From Trichosphaerium sp. ATCC 40318 (lineage: Eukaryota; Protista; Tubulinea), in contig JALMLS010000304.1 in NCBI GenBank assembly GCA_038496445.1, positions 543,501 to 607,500 on the forward strand: a stretch of 64,000 nucleotides of DNA. Direction: 5' to 3'. Positions 53,269-64,000 of this stretch are shown one piece after another (position 1 is the stretch's first letter; the number at the start of each line of letters is the position of its first letter). The position numbers were made by a program, and so were the translations under genes. Below the pieces are notes generated by a model. That model worked only from the letters and a program-made list of their open reading frames with translations. It searched no databases and had not been told where the DNA came from.

Positions 53269-54587
53269 CTACTTTAAAATTGATTGTGACCCATCCTTGG
53301 TATTTCTGTATCTAGCTGTTGAGAATTAGCAAAGCCACCTCTCTCAAAGAACGCACCTAAAATGAACTCGCCTACTGGCTATTGGGAGAGCTGCGTATTC
53401 TCCCGGACTAGCAGTTACTTGTTTTGGCTTTTGGTGATAGTTGGCTATTCCCACACGATTTCTATCGCCTCGTGGCCCCAGGGAGGCGTATGCCTTGTTT
53501 TCTGAACGAGTATCTCGGGTGGGCATCCGCTGGTAGTCATCCATAGTGAGTGCTGGTGGTCGCGACGTGGAGACTGGTAAGCTATTGTAATCTGTTGAGA
53601 CAGGTTGGAATGATCCTCCGGGCATTTCGGTATAATCGCCAACTTGAGTTCCACGACGAACTTGTGGTTCTGGAGGATCCAGTACAAATCCTTTTTCTGT
53701 TTCTGCTCTAGGCCTTTCGGTAGGTAGTTCTTTGTACTGTTGTGGTTCGTCACCAAAAAATTCTGCTACACGAGCTCGAGACTTATGTACATCGCGAACA
53801 GTATGCGCTTGTCTTGCGTTTGATCTTGCTGGCATGCTAATTTGTAGAATAAGATAAAACACAAAACTGTTAGGCCTACCTTCTGTTACTATGAGACGCG
53901 AAGCTATCAAATTCTCGATTAGTTGATCTAGGCGCCGGCGCTGTAGTGTTGGATCTGCCTATACCCGCGCGTTGTGCTCCTCGTTTGTCTTTATCCAAGT
54001 AAGCACTAAAACGATCAATCATTCGTACATTTGCCTGTGACAACGTCATTAATTCTTTCTACCCATTTTGCTGCGTCAGAAGGCGCTAGATGTTGTTAAC
54101 AAGTTGGTACATATACTGCAAGAAATCAGAAAATAACGGAGCCCATCTCTGACGGTTGTTTACTACACGTACCTACACGCATGCGAAATATACGGTAGTC
54201 CGTTCGTATTTCAAATCCTTGTGGGCCATTACCCTCTATCTTTAAAACAGCACGTATAACGTGCTTCATAGGAATAGTTCCTTTAACGCTACGACGTCCT
54301 TTCTGAATTCGTTATGATTGTAAACCAAAAACAATGTAAAGCTTCTGAAGTACCTTTTTTACTGTGTAGTAGCTAATATCAGTTGCTGTAAGCACTAGAA
54401 GTCTCTTGGTCCAATTCTATTAGTGTAAATCAGAAAATTACAATTACATTAATACACGTGAAAACTACGGCACTGTGGATAACTGTTAACTACAGTTTTA
54501 CCGCCACTCGTGTTTAATATCATCACGTGCCCTTCTGCTTGGGCCCCCTTTTTTGCTGACCCATCCCTTATAAATTTCGTCTGCCAT
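53269..54587 (-). CDS. PH-domain protein with disordered tail carrying repeated Tyr motifs (3' end uncertain)
   Basis: Spliced YKGWVSKKGG..RNWTKRLLVL..ISYY..KGTIPM..FEIRTDYRIF..AAKW gives a PH domain; tail has YKELP, YTEMP, YNSLP, YQRMP, YAALP. Confidence 0.75.
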
Positions 54588-55065
54588 TACGGCTCTACGT
54601 GCGCGTAATTGTTGTTTACAAAATCAATGCACAATGTCCCTAAGTCACCGTTTTTGTACAATTTAGTTAAAATTCCTGTATGCAACAAATCCTCCAGCAA
54701 CCATGTCCTATAGTACAATAGTGAAAAAGGTAACCAAATGCAAACCTCTGTTTAGTTTGTGGATAGAAAGTATTCATTGAACAGTAAGTCTATAAAACCA
54801 GTCACTGTGCTTAACCGTTTGTTTATTGGCTTCATGCAAACATCCTTTATTTTGTTGTATATGTATTGTTTGAGCGCATCACTATTATTGCCAATAAACC
54901 AACTGACAAACTACTTTTAAGCGAACATATGCAAAGTAGTAAGTGGCGTGGTTTATTTGTAATATTGTTCACAGTCACCACCGTTGGCTACCGCCTTCAG
55001 CTTATTTTAAAAAGAGGGTAAATTAGCAGCCGGAGAAGTACTTAAGGTTCTTTGAGCGCTGCTAT

Positions 55066-57322
55066 TTAGAAGATGTAGTTGGACAAACGACCAGCTCTCT
55101 TATCACAGGCCTTTGTGAGCTTCAGGAGTCCGCGACATCCCTCTATTAGCTGAGGTATAGTTTCATAACTATACTCTTTGTTGCTTATCCTAAGGGGCAT
55201 TAGCAAAATACAATTAAGCACGTGAGTGGATTTTAAGCTCATAGCAAAAAAACGTTCGTACCTGATAATATATGGCTCGCCGTATTTCTTGTGAATAATA
55301 CGACGATGTGAGATTTCGTATCTATCGCCAGAAGTAACCATCACCGACAAGGTAAGAGGTTTGCCAGGGCTAGTAAAAGTAGTCAGCAACGAAATATTAA
55401 TATTAATCGGTAGTACCTTGTTATGGACAACCTAACAAGGAAGGTGCCTGGATCTCTGTTCTCCAAGCGTTCAACAGCAACACCTGATGAGATGTATCCA
55501 TGAAACCATCTATAACAGTCAATAAATAGAGAAAGCATAAGGCTAGCTTACGGAAAATGTTTGACATTATGTAACATATTGATGATTTGTCTACCATCTT
55601 GCTTTGTAATGAATGGGCCAAACCATTGCATAACAAAATTGAATGTTTCCAATGTAACTTTCTTTGTTTGGGCCACAGGATCGGCAGGTGTAACAGCATA
55701 TTTGGTTCTTTTGGGGGCATCCTCTTCTTCCTTTAGGATTATTTCTAACTTTGGAATGTTGACAGCGAGACCTTTAAATAAAGCGTCACAACCAGTAGAA
55801 GCACAACAACAAGATTACGTACACAAAAACTCTTTCAAGCAATCTGGAGATGTGGTTTCATCCAAGCACTCTACACTGGTCAAGCCAATCTCTTTTTGGA
55901 GAGCTGTTTTGAATTCATCCCAAGGAACTTCCAATTGAAGATCCTATAAAACGCGCCATTAATGTAAGAGGTACAAAATAAAAACTACTGTACTTGTTTG
56001 TTGATAAGGAAGTACTTCTTCCAAAACTCTTTACCACGTTTATCCTCAATAGCGCAATCAACTATGGCCTCATTCAAACGGAAGATAACTTCAGCAAAGG
56101 ATGGGCGGTCTGTGAATGATGGTTGCCAACAACACTCGATCAAATACTTCAAGCACGGCAATGTACCGGCTGGAATCTCTGGGCGAACATGGTTCACAGC
56201 AACAGCGCTTTATAAGAATTTGTCAGCACGCACAATCATCTTATTCGTTGAAGATTTTTCGGTTAATTTCTATTAACGTACGTTTTGAAAGTATGCCAAT
56301 CAGAGAACTGTTGGAAAGGCTCTTCGCCGGTAATGAACTCCCACAAAATGATACCAAAACTGTATACATCCCGTCTTTCGTCTGTTGGCTTTCCAAGCAT
56401 AACCTCTGGTGCCATCCACAAGGGAGTACCTTTTGCTCTTCCTCTGAATGTTTTTCCAGCCTCAAAAACTTTCCCGAAACCAAAATCAGCAACCTTTACG
56501 GTACCATCAGCAGCAACCTGCACAATGTATAAGCAATAAAGTACTAATATGAATGAAAAATACGCACCAAAAGATTGGCCGTCTTAAGATCCCTGTGAAC
56601 CATCTTGACGATACCATGTAGCCAATTCATACCAAGAGCTGCACCTTTAGCCATCAAGAGACGTAGTTTTAGAGGAAGGTTTTTCTTGCTCTACCAGAAA
56701 ATGTTAAACGGTTAATAAACAATTTTGCTTACCCTCAACAATTTTTCAACATCTGTGCTGCATAATTCTGTAATAATTTTAATTTTACCGCCCGAGGTGT
56801 TAGCGCCCATGAACAATACAACATTTGGATGAAAAATACGCCTATATAACGTCCAGTCAGCACCAAAAAAAAAACATCAAAAGCAATGCCAGTACCTCAT
56901 GGTCTGTACTTCTTGTCTGAATTGCTCCAATTTGCTTGGAGGCAAAGACTCTTTAGGCACCTTGATGGCTACAGTCTTATTTCTGCAAGTACCTTTTTGT
57001 CGGTCAGCAATGTGAATCAAAATAATATTTTGACAAAAACGCTTTTTGCCTCATACCTTTGTAGACGTATCCATATGCGCCTTTACCCAAGAAACCTGAG
57101 TCGTCATAATTAATTTCGTCGTCAGGTATCTCTGGAGGGCCTTGCTGTGCAGGATCCTGAGAGGAGTCAGAAACTTACGGACAAGACACGTGAGGGTGTC
57201 CAAAAAACGAAATTGCGAGCCGCTAACAACTTGACACCTACCGGTTGCACTATTGTTTTTTCTGCATTCGATGGCTGAAATGGGAGAGGTTTGTATGGAG
57301 GCGTTTCATTAGGTTCGGTCAT
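55066..57322 (-). CDS. Tyrosine-kinase-like kinase with C-terminal SH2 domain (Dictyostelium Shk-type)
   Basis: LGKGAYG, VAIK, HRDLKTANLL, DFG, GTPLWMAPE; SH2 WFHGYIS...PGTFLVRLS. Confidence 0.9.
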
Positions 57323-57742
57323 TGCGAGGTTAGTTCTGTGTGTATCAATTCAACCTATTAGCGAGAAATAAGAGGCTTGTTGATTCTTTGTTTGTCAAAT
57401 CAAGTTGGTTAGCGCCGAAGTCTTCGCATTTTATCAATAACCAGCACAATAGCGATTAAATAGAGTAAAAAGGTTGTTTGAGGAGTTATTAGCTTCTCCA
57501 GCGGATCAAGGGCAGGCCTTTGTAGAAAGGCGTACAACACATTTTCTCTGCTTAATTTATCGCATACTGGTTATTACAGAAGTGTTTTAAGCCTCGACGC
57601 TTTTTTAAACGTAAACTAGTTAGCGTGCGTACCAGTGTGTGACGACGTGGATCTTACTAGATGATTCAAATAGAACTCAACGAGCTAATTTTGAATTTAT
57701 TGTGCGAAGTTTAAAACTCAATTCTGGTTTAGTCAAATTAAC

Positions 57743-59132
57743 ATGTCTGATGCTGAGCAACAGTCAAGCGACCATGAGGATCTCGAAGAGCGTTTACACC
57801 ACTCGGACAGCGAACTTACAGCAAATCGAGCGTCCTTGGGTAAGAAAAACCACGTCTGCTACCTCTTACACGTATAGATGTACCTACTACTGAAATACAG
57901 CTAAGTGACGACAAACCAGTAATTTTCAAAACGCCACGAGCAATTGATGATGACAGCTTCCTCACCCCGCGTATGTCTCGCTATTGAAGTGTTAAACATT
58001 CACTTTGTTAACATCCAATTAAAGAAAGGGGTACAAAGCACCAATGGTTGCAACACTCTGACAATGAGTCCACGTCCAGCAAAATGTCGTCAGAGGCAAC
58101 GTCTGACCTGGAATCCGAAACAAGTGGAGAAGAAGTGGGCTACAACTTTCTTGATTTCTCTAGATTACATGGTAAGCACGGAGCAGGTACTTCATTCAAG
58201 GTTTTTGCCGTTACGACATTATGGTAAAGTACAAGTAGCGTATGATCCAGGCACAGATACTTTTAGATCACCGTATAGACCTCCCAGAGCTAATACATTA
58301 AAAATGTTAAATAGTAAGTTGACAAGTCTTTTTGATTAGAAGCTCACAAAGATTAGCTTTGCCTGATCCATATCCATCTCCTCCACGTATATCTTCACTC
58401 ACTAAGAGTACGCAGTATTCCTTTCGCTTTTGAGTCTTACCTTGTTTGAAGCTTCTACACAAAGAGACTTTGATAAACATGTACTCCAACGATACAAGTA
58501 CAAACAATGGGAAAAATTTTTACCACAATACAATGAAATGATCGCACTGTTCGATTACGAGGGCGCACAAGCTGTTGTGAAGATGTTAAAGAAAGAACTC
58601 AAGCGAGTTAAAGTGCGAGAAATATACAAACTTACTAGTACGAGAATTTTGTGCACTACCTTGTGCTTACTCTGCCTACTAGTGCCTGGGTTTGGCTTGG
58701 ATCTCAAGCATACCATATCTGGATTGATTCCTCAGGATAAAGTGACAGATATTGTGGAACATCAATACGCAATGTACTATTTATGTGACTGAGTAATGTT
58801 ACTGTACTGAGTAGTGTTTAACACTTGGTAGATACAAATCATTTCTAATAACCCACCAACAAGTCGATCGTTTTATAGATTATGGTGAACGTTTGTTCGT
58901 CCAAATGACAAATAGCATTAGAGTGCATGTGATCCAACTTAAAGAAATGCAGGAGGATATGAAATATGTAGAAAAGAAAATAAGGTTTGTCATTCATTTG
59001 CTTTCAAACAAACTGATATTCGGAAATAGGACATTACAATTTCTTTTGAAGACTTACTTCCCAGCAACAGATGCCATTGAAATGAATGGTTATGACAGTG
59101 TAAGGGATCGTAGAGGTACTACACATTGGTAA
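57743..59132 (+). CDS. Hypothetical protein with acidic N-terminus and helical C-terminus; exon structure uncertain
   Basis: ATG MSDAEQQSSDHEDLEE, successive GT-AG introns, helical exons; no recognisable motif. Confidence 0.5.
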
Positions 59133-59261
59133 TACATACCAATTAAAGCAGTGTAAAGTAGTGTAAATTATAATAAAAACAATTAAGTTTATTTGAGAAA
59201 AAATTGAGTTTTGGGCTGTAACTCATTAAAATTGTGTCAAATGCGCTTTTTTTGAAACTAA

Positions 59262-60566
59262 TTAATCGTCGAAAGTAAGAGAAGGCTTGACCTTAGCATC
59301 CTTTTCGTACAAGCGGTGAATTTTTAGTCCATCTTTTGACTCTCCAGCTTTTGCAGTATGATCTACTGGACAACCTCCGGCTGCCTTTGGCTTTGCCTTG
59401 TGGTCTACAGGACATCCTCCGTTAGATTTAGGCATTGATTTATGATCTACAGGGCAACCGCCCATAGCGCTAGGTTGGAATAGGACCTTGGTGAAGTTTT
59501 AGCTTTGGTTTCAACCTTTTTACTCGTACAGGTTTTGGTTCCTCGCCTGGTTTATCTGGTTCACCGTATCCGGCTTTTACGAGATGTGCGCGTTGCCATT
59601 TCAATACGGCAAAAAAATCTTTGTGAATGTCTTGCATCTACAGCAACATTAGATGACGTTCTGTTGGCAAAAAAAATTGCATCACACTTACCTTAGCACG
59701 GTGCTTCATGCTGTTAGGGTTAGCGACCATGTTATGCTCTACAAAATCCATATCTTTTTTCAACTCCTCTGTAATTATTTTTTTCCTATCATTGTCATCA
59801 GGGTATTTCTCTAGCGCTTTCAATTGCACTTCAATCATTTTCTACAAAAACAAATGTAAGAAAGAAAAAAAATGTTACGCGTGTTTCTTGCCTTGTGTAT
59901 TTTATGAAATTCTTGTAGTCTGCCGTCTAAACTTGCTTGGAAAAAGTCTTGCGATTCTTGCAGATTGTAGGTGATTTCATCGAGACCACGCTTGTAAATT
60001 CTGTATGTTTCTGGGGTTATTTCTTTCTCCTCTAATTTGTCAACTTGTGCGTCTGGGTAAAGTTCTAGGATGTATTTTCCGAGTTGCGACTAAGTAAAAA
60101 AGTGAACCCACTTACAACTTGACAAAACAGCGAATGACGCTCGCTTCGTGTATGCTACGCGTACCTCGAGCCAATGAACAGATTCAACAATCTTTAAAGA
60201 CCATTTGTAAAGTTTTTCCGTATCGACGATTCGTTTCTCGCTTTGTGGCTTGTAGTCACCTAGCTTCTTTAATTCGTCCTTGATTCCGTCAATGTAGTCT
60301 TGTTTTCTTGGATGGAAAGCTGGGAAATCTTCGAGGCTTTTTAGTTGTTCGAGCATCATCCTCTCATCTGTGAGCATTCTTTCAGCGTCTGCCTTGAAAA
60401 TTTCTAGATTCATCTTTTTCGTCTTTGAGCCCTTCTCGTAGAAGCGCACCATGATGTGCATTACACGCTTGAGCCTTTTGTATTCTTGTTTTGATGGCAC
60501 ATCAGGGAAGTCATGGTCTGGTTCAAACACGTAGTTTATCAAGTCTTCAACGTTTTCGACGTCCAT
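59262..60566 (-). CDS. Charged helical protein with three C-terminal GGCPVDH heme-regulatory-type motifs
   Basis: Long charged exon 60566-60160 splices in phase to a terminal exon with GGCPVDH x3. Confidence 0.65.
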
Positions 60567-60688
60567 TGTTTATGTGGGTGTTGTGTTGAGTTTACGGTCT
60601 CGTTAAGCAAAAGGCTTGACTTATTTCGTAACTCAACACGCGAGTGTATTTTGCTCTTTTGAACCTGGCGAGCGCAAAAAGCGCGTAC

Positions 60689-63600
60689 ATGGCGAAGCTG
60701 CAGTCGAGTTTGGAAAGGTTTGACAATACGGCTGGTGAGTACGAAAACGTCAAAGGCCAAATTAATAAGGTACGTATGGGCTACTTGGTGTATAATTATT
60801 GTGCATTTATATTGTAATATTTTCCAACAAACCTATCACTGACTGTTATAGATATTAAACAACACGGAACGATACTTAGATGCTCTAGATGGTTAGTGAA
60901 CGTAACAAAAGGGATAGATTTATTTATTTACGTTATTATTAGCTTTGCAACTTTGTCACAGCAGCTTATTCAATTCAGTGCGTACCAGAGAGTATTAAAA
61001 TAGCAACGCAAAAATTATTAATCACTTTTCAGATGTGTAGACTCCATGATATGGTGGAAAGTCGTATGGGAGAGGAACTAATAGTACAATTACGCGAATT
61101 GCAACTTACGGCACAAATGGTAAACCGTAAAAAGGTACTGTGGCATATCAATCTAATTTAATGACAAATTCGTTTTGTTTTAGTACAGAAATATGTGTGC
61201 TGTTTTCTCAGTTGCTCGTTCACAATACAGGGCACAAATAGATAAAGTAGAGGTAATCTACAGTTTATTTTAAACTGAAATATTTACAAATTTTAACCAA
61301 AAAAAAGGAGTTGATAAAACAGCGTAATGAAACACTAGAAGAGTGGGCTTTACGAAGTAACAAGATGGCCAAGTACGCAATTATCTGTATTTTGACGTTC
61401 TAAAGCTTTCAAAAGACCTGTTCGGGCCAATTTGACAAGCTCTGTTTCTGCAAAAATGCATCGTATCATCGATAGCAACTTTAATGATTATGAATCAAAA
61501 AACGAGGCTACTATGGAAGCGATGAGGCTGTTTGCTGATCAAGGTTCAGATCCATATGATGACGTGTTTCTAGCTGTACGTTAATACAATATGCATTCCA
61601 TAAGTGATTACTATTATAGTGGTTACGTGTACAACTCCCTGAGCATGATGGAACTAAATCCATTGAAGAAAATAAAATGAAGGATGTTTGTACCTCTACT
61701 ATGGAAATAATGAAGCAGTATGAGGTTAGATAAAAGTGAATTGTCACACTTTCGCTTTCCCTAACATCGAGTATTAGCAACGAAGAAATAAAGTGCTTAC
61801 AACAAAGTTAGAAGATTATACATTAGAAGATTTACTTGCTTCTGATCTACGTACGTACTCTTATTTTTATATGTCGAACTACGTTCCTTAGTTAATTGGC
61901 TTGATAGCACTGGCATACTTTAAGAAATTTTGTAAGCGACTGCTAACCATTGAGATTGTTGAGTTCCTTATTGCTGTTAACAAGTATCGTTTATCCGATA
62001 GTGAACTTCGTGTTACGTTGGCTCCATCTATATACGACCGATTTGTTTCTGAAGGTAAAGTTATTGGAGTTTAAAGATTATCGCTTATTTCATTTGCCTC
62101 AGGAGCTGCGGAGCAAGTCAACTTACCGTTTTCGATTTCAAAAGAGTTGCAACAAAAACGTGACAGTGGCTGTACAGATGTTGATTTTTTCAAAACAGCA
62201 GAGGAATCTCTTATACGTACTCTTAAAGAAAATGATCTTGTGTGCAGATTCAATCAAAGTATTGAAGCAAACACTTTAAAACAAAGGCAAGTTTGGTTTT
62301 TGTAATGGAGACTAACTCATTTATTGCAGGCTGAAAGGTCACACTGCTTCTTTACAATATAAGCCCAAACCGGATGGTAAAAAAGTGAGAAAGGTTGAGC
62401 GTATATTTGGTGCGTTTATAACAGTGTGGATGTTGGTTTTAGTTCCTAACTGTTGATAAAAAGGAACAAAGCGATCCGAGTTGCCTGTTCATAGTTTACG
62501 AGGCAGAACAAAGAGCGGGGAAGCAAAGTCAGATGAGACCAAGTCTATTTCAATGCTATCAAAGATTAAACAAAAAGGATCTAAGGAATTTGGCTTAGGC
62601 CAGTCACGCAAGTACAAACGCAGTAACTCTTTAAAGATCGAAGGAGAAAAAAAAGTTCGAGTATGAGATCAACAATTTTGTTATGATTCCTCTTCTGTGC
62701 TAATATCCTAGTGATATAGTTAGCTTCAAGTTTATCTTCTACACCTAGCGCTTTGATGATTGCAGGATTAGTGTCGAAAGGCACATTAAACAAAAAGAGG
62801 GTTTGTAGATGTACTTGGCACTAGTTTATTTTAATTTGTATTTTTAGGCAGTTGTAGCTGGATTAAATATGAAAACTGCCACAAATAGTAAGAAGAAGAG
62901 AAGTGCATTGTCAATAGCATATAGATTAGCTGAGGTAAGTCGTTTTATATTTTGTATTTACCTTTCATTAAAACACGCTGTAGTCTATTATTGCGCTATT
63001 TAAGAAATATGCTCCTTTGGATACACCGGCAGCTTTCTCTACGTTAGCACAAGGTAAGTTACTTACTTGAAATAAAATCATGTAAATGGCCATTGTAGAT
63101 CCAGCTTATAAAAAATTTGAGAGTAATACAGCTCTCTTACGGACGGTATGAAAGGTTTTAAGCTATTCTCACCATATTTTAGATAAACGTCACTAGTTTA
63201 AATGAGCGGGAAAGATTGACTTTTTTGTAAATATTTACACTGTACTTAACATGCATACGCATGTCGAACAAGGGCCACCACCTATAAATAACAAAGAGGT
63301 AAGTGCTATCACTTTGGACTATTTATAACAATTTCCTAGGCTTGTGAAGAGTGGTTTGCGAGAGCTTCTTACAGGTAACTACGGCTTTTGTTAAAAACAA
63401 GATAACAGTCACGCATTGGTCTAATTGGGCTAATCACTCCTAGAATTGGTCCTTTCAAGATACCATTTACACTTAGAGAAATTAACTTTGCAGTATTACG
63501 TGCTAATATGCCACGCCCGTCTTTTGTTGGTACATTGCAATTCAATTATTAGTCCTTATTGTTCGTAGACAAGAGGTTAGGGCCAAATGCAAACACTAAA

Positions 63601-63885
63601 GTTTCTCCATTTCACACGTATGTGCGGTTCCCAAAAGATGATGAGAGAAAGCTAGTGAGTTTAAAGGGCACATATCCATCATTGGTTTTCACTATGGCCA
63701 ACTTGGAGCTCTCAAGTGGCATCCCTAGAGCTTATAAATTTTCTTGTGTTGAAAAAGCAATGAATGAAGCTGCAACTGTGTTTTTACAAGCGCAAGTAAA
63801 CATAAATACAAAAGGAAAGACAGTTGAAGTAAGTGCACAAACTACCCTTTTTTTTTTTCGGCTATTTTTTATGCAAAGATTTTAA
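60689..63885 (+). CDS. BAR-like, RGS and DUF547 multidomain protein; possibly 3' partial; apparent frameshift at about 63221
   Basis: N-terminal coiled helices; YFKKFC...IVEFLIAVNKYR...IYDRFVSEGAAEQVNL (RGS); ERLTFFVNIYTVLNMH...INFAVLRA (DUF547). Confidence 0.65.
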
Positions 63886-64000
63886 TTTTAAGCCACCAAA
63901 TACGTTTATTGTCTTGTTTTTTTTTCTGTTTTCACGTGTTGGATGATAATCCCAAACAAATTCTCGTTATTTTCTTGATTTTTCTAGTAACACTCGTTTT

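Noticed and set aside
60539-60760. Minus-strand ORF resembling a mitochondrial presequence for the CPVDH gene
   Set aside because: No ATG in that frame, it is out of frame with the gene, and it overlaps the first exon of the plus-strand gene.
6280-63940. Frequent CACGTG palindromes as E-box sites
   Set aside because: Many lie in introns, overlapping GCACGT donors or TCAC branch-like sites; no promoter enrichment shown.
1-64000. CRISPR arrays, transposases, rRNA, U12-type (AT-AC) introns or an alternative genetic code
   Set aside because: None seen; in-frame stops are explained by short GT/GC-AG introns under the standard code.

Overview
Gene-dense, AT-rich eukaryotic (protist) genomic DNA with very many short spliceosomal introns, mostly 40-60 nt. 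The ORF track therefore shows only exon fragments; the gene models below were assembled by hand from splice signals, and some boundaries are approximate. The gene set (TKL kinase with C-terminal SH2, kelch-LisH-RasGEF, tectonin propeller) points to an amoebozoan. About 25 protein genes are recognisable. Main highlights: (1) two paralogous proteins built from ~70-aa Trp/Tyr-rich tandem repeats, one ending in a PD-(D/E)xK-type nuclease domain and one truncated just before it; (2) two GC-rich, strongly base-paired ~250-nt intergenic segments flanking egtD that look like unannotated Pol III-type ncRNAs, one containing a 1.5x TTAGGG-complement (telomerase-template-like) motif; (3) a PH protein with a tail of repeated Tyr motifs (Gab/IRS-like design) next to the SH2 kinase; (4) unusually many GC-AG introns; (5) a stathmin-like gene head-to-head with EB1; (6) several unusual domain fusions.
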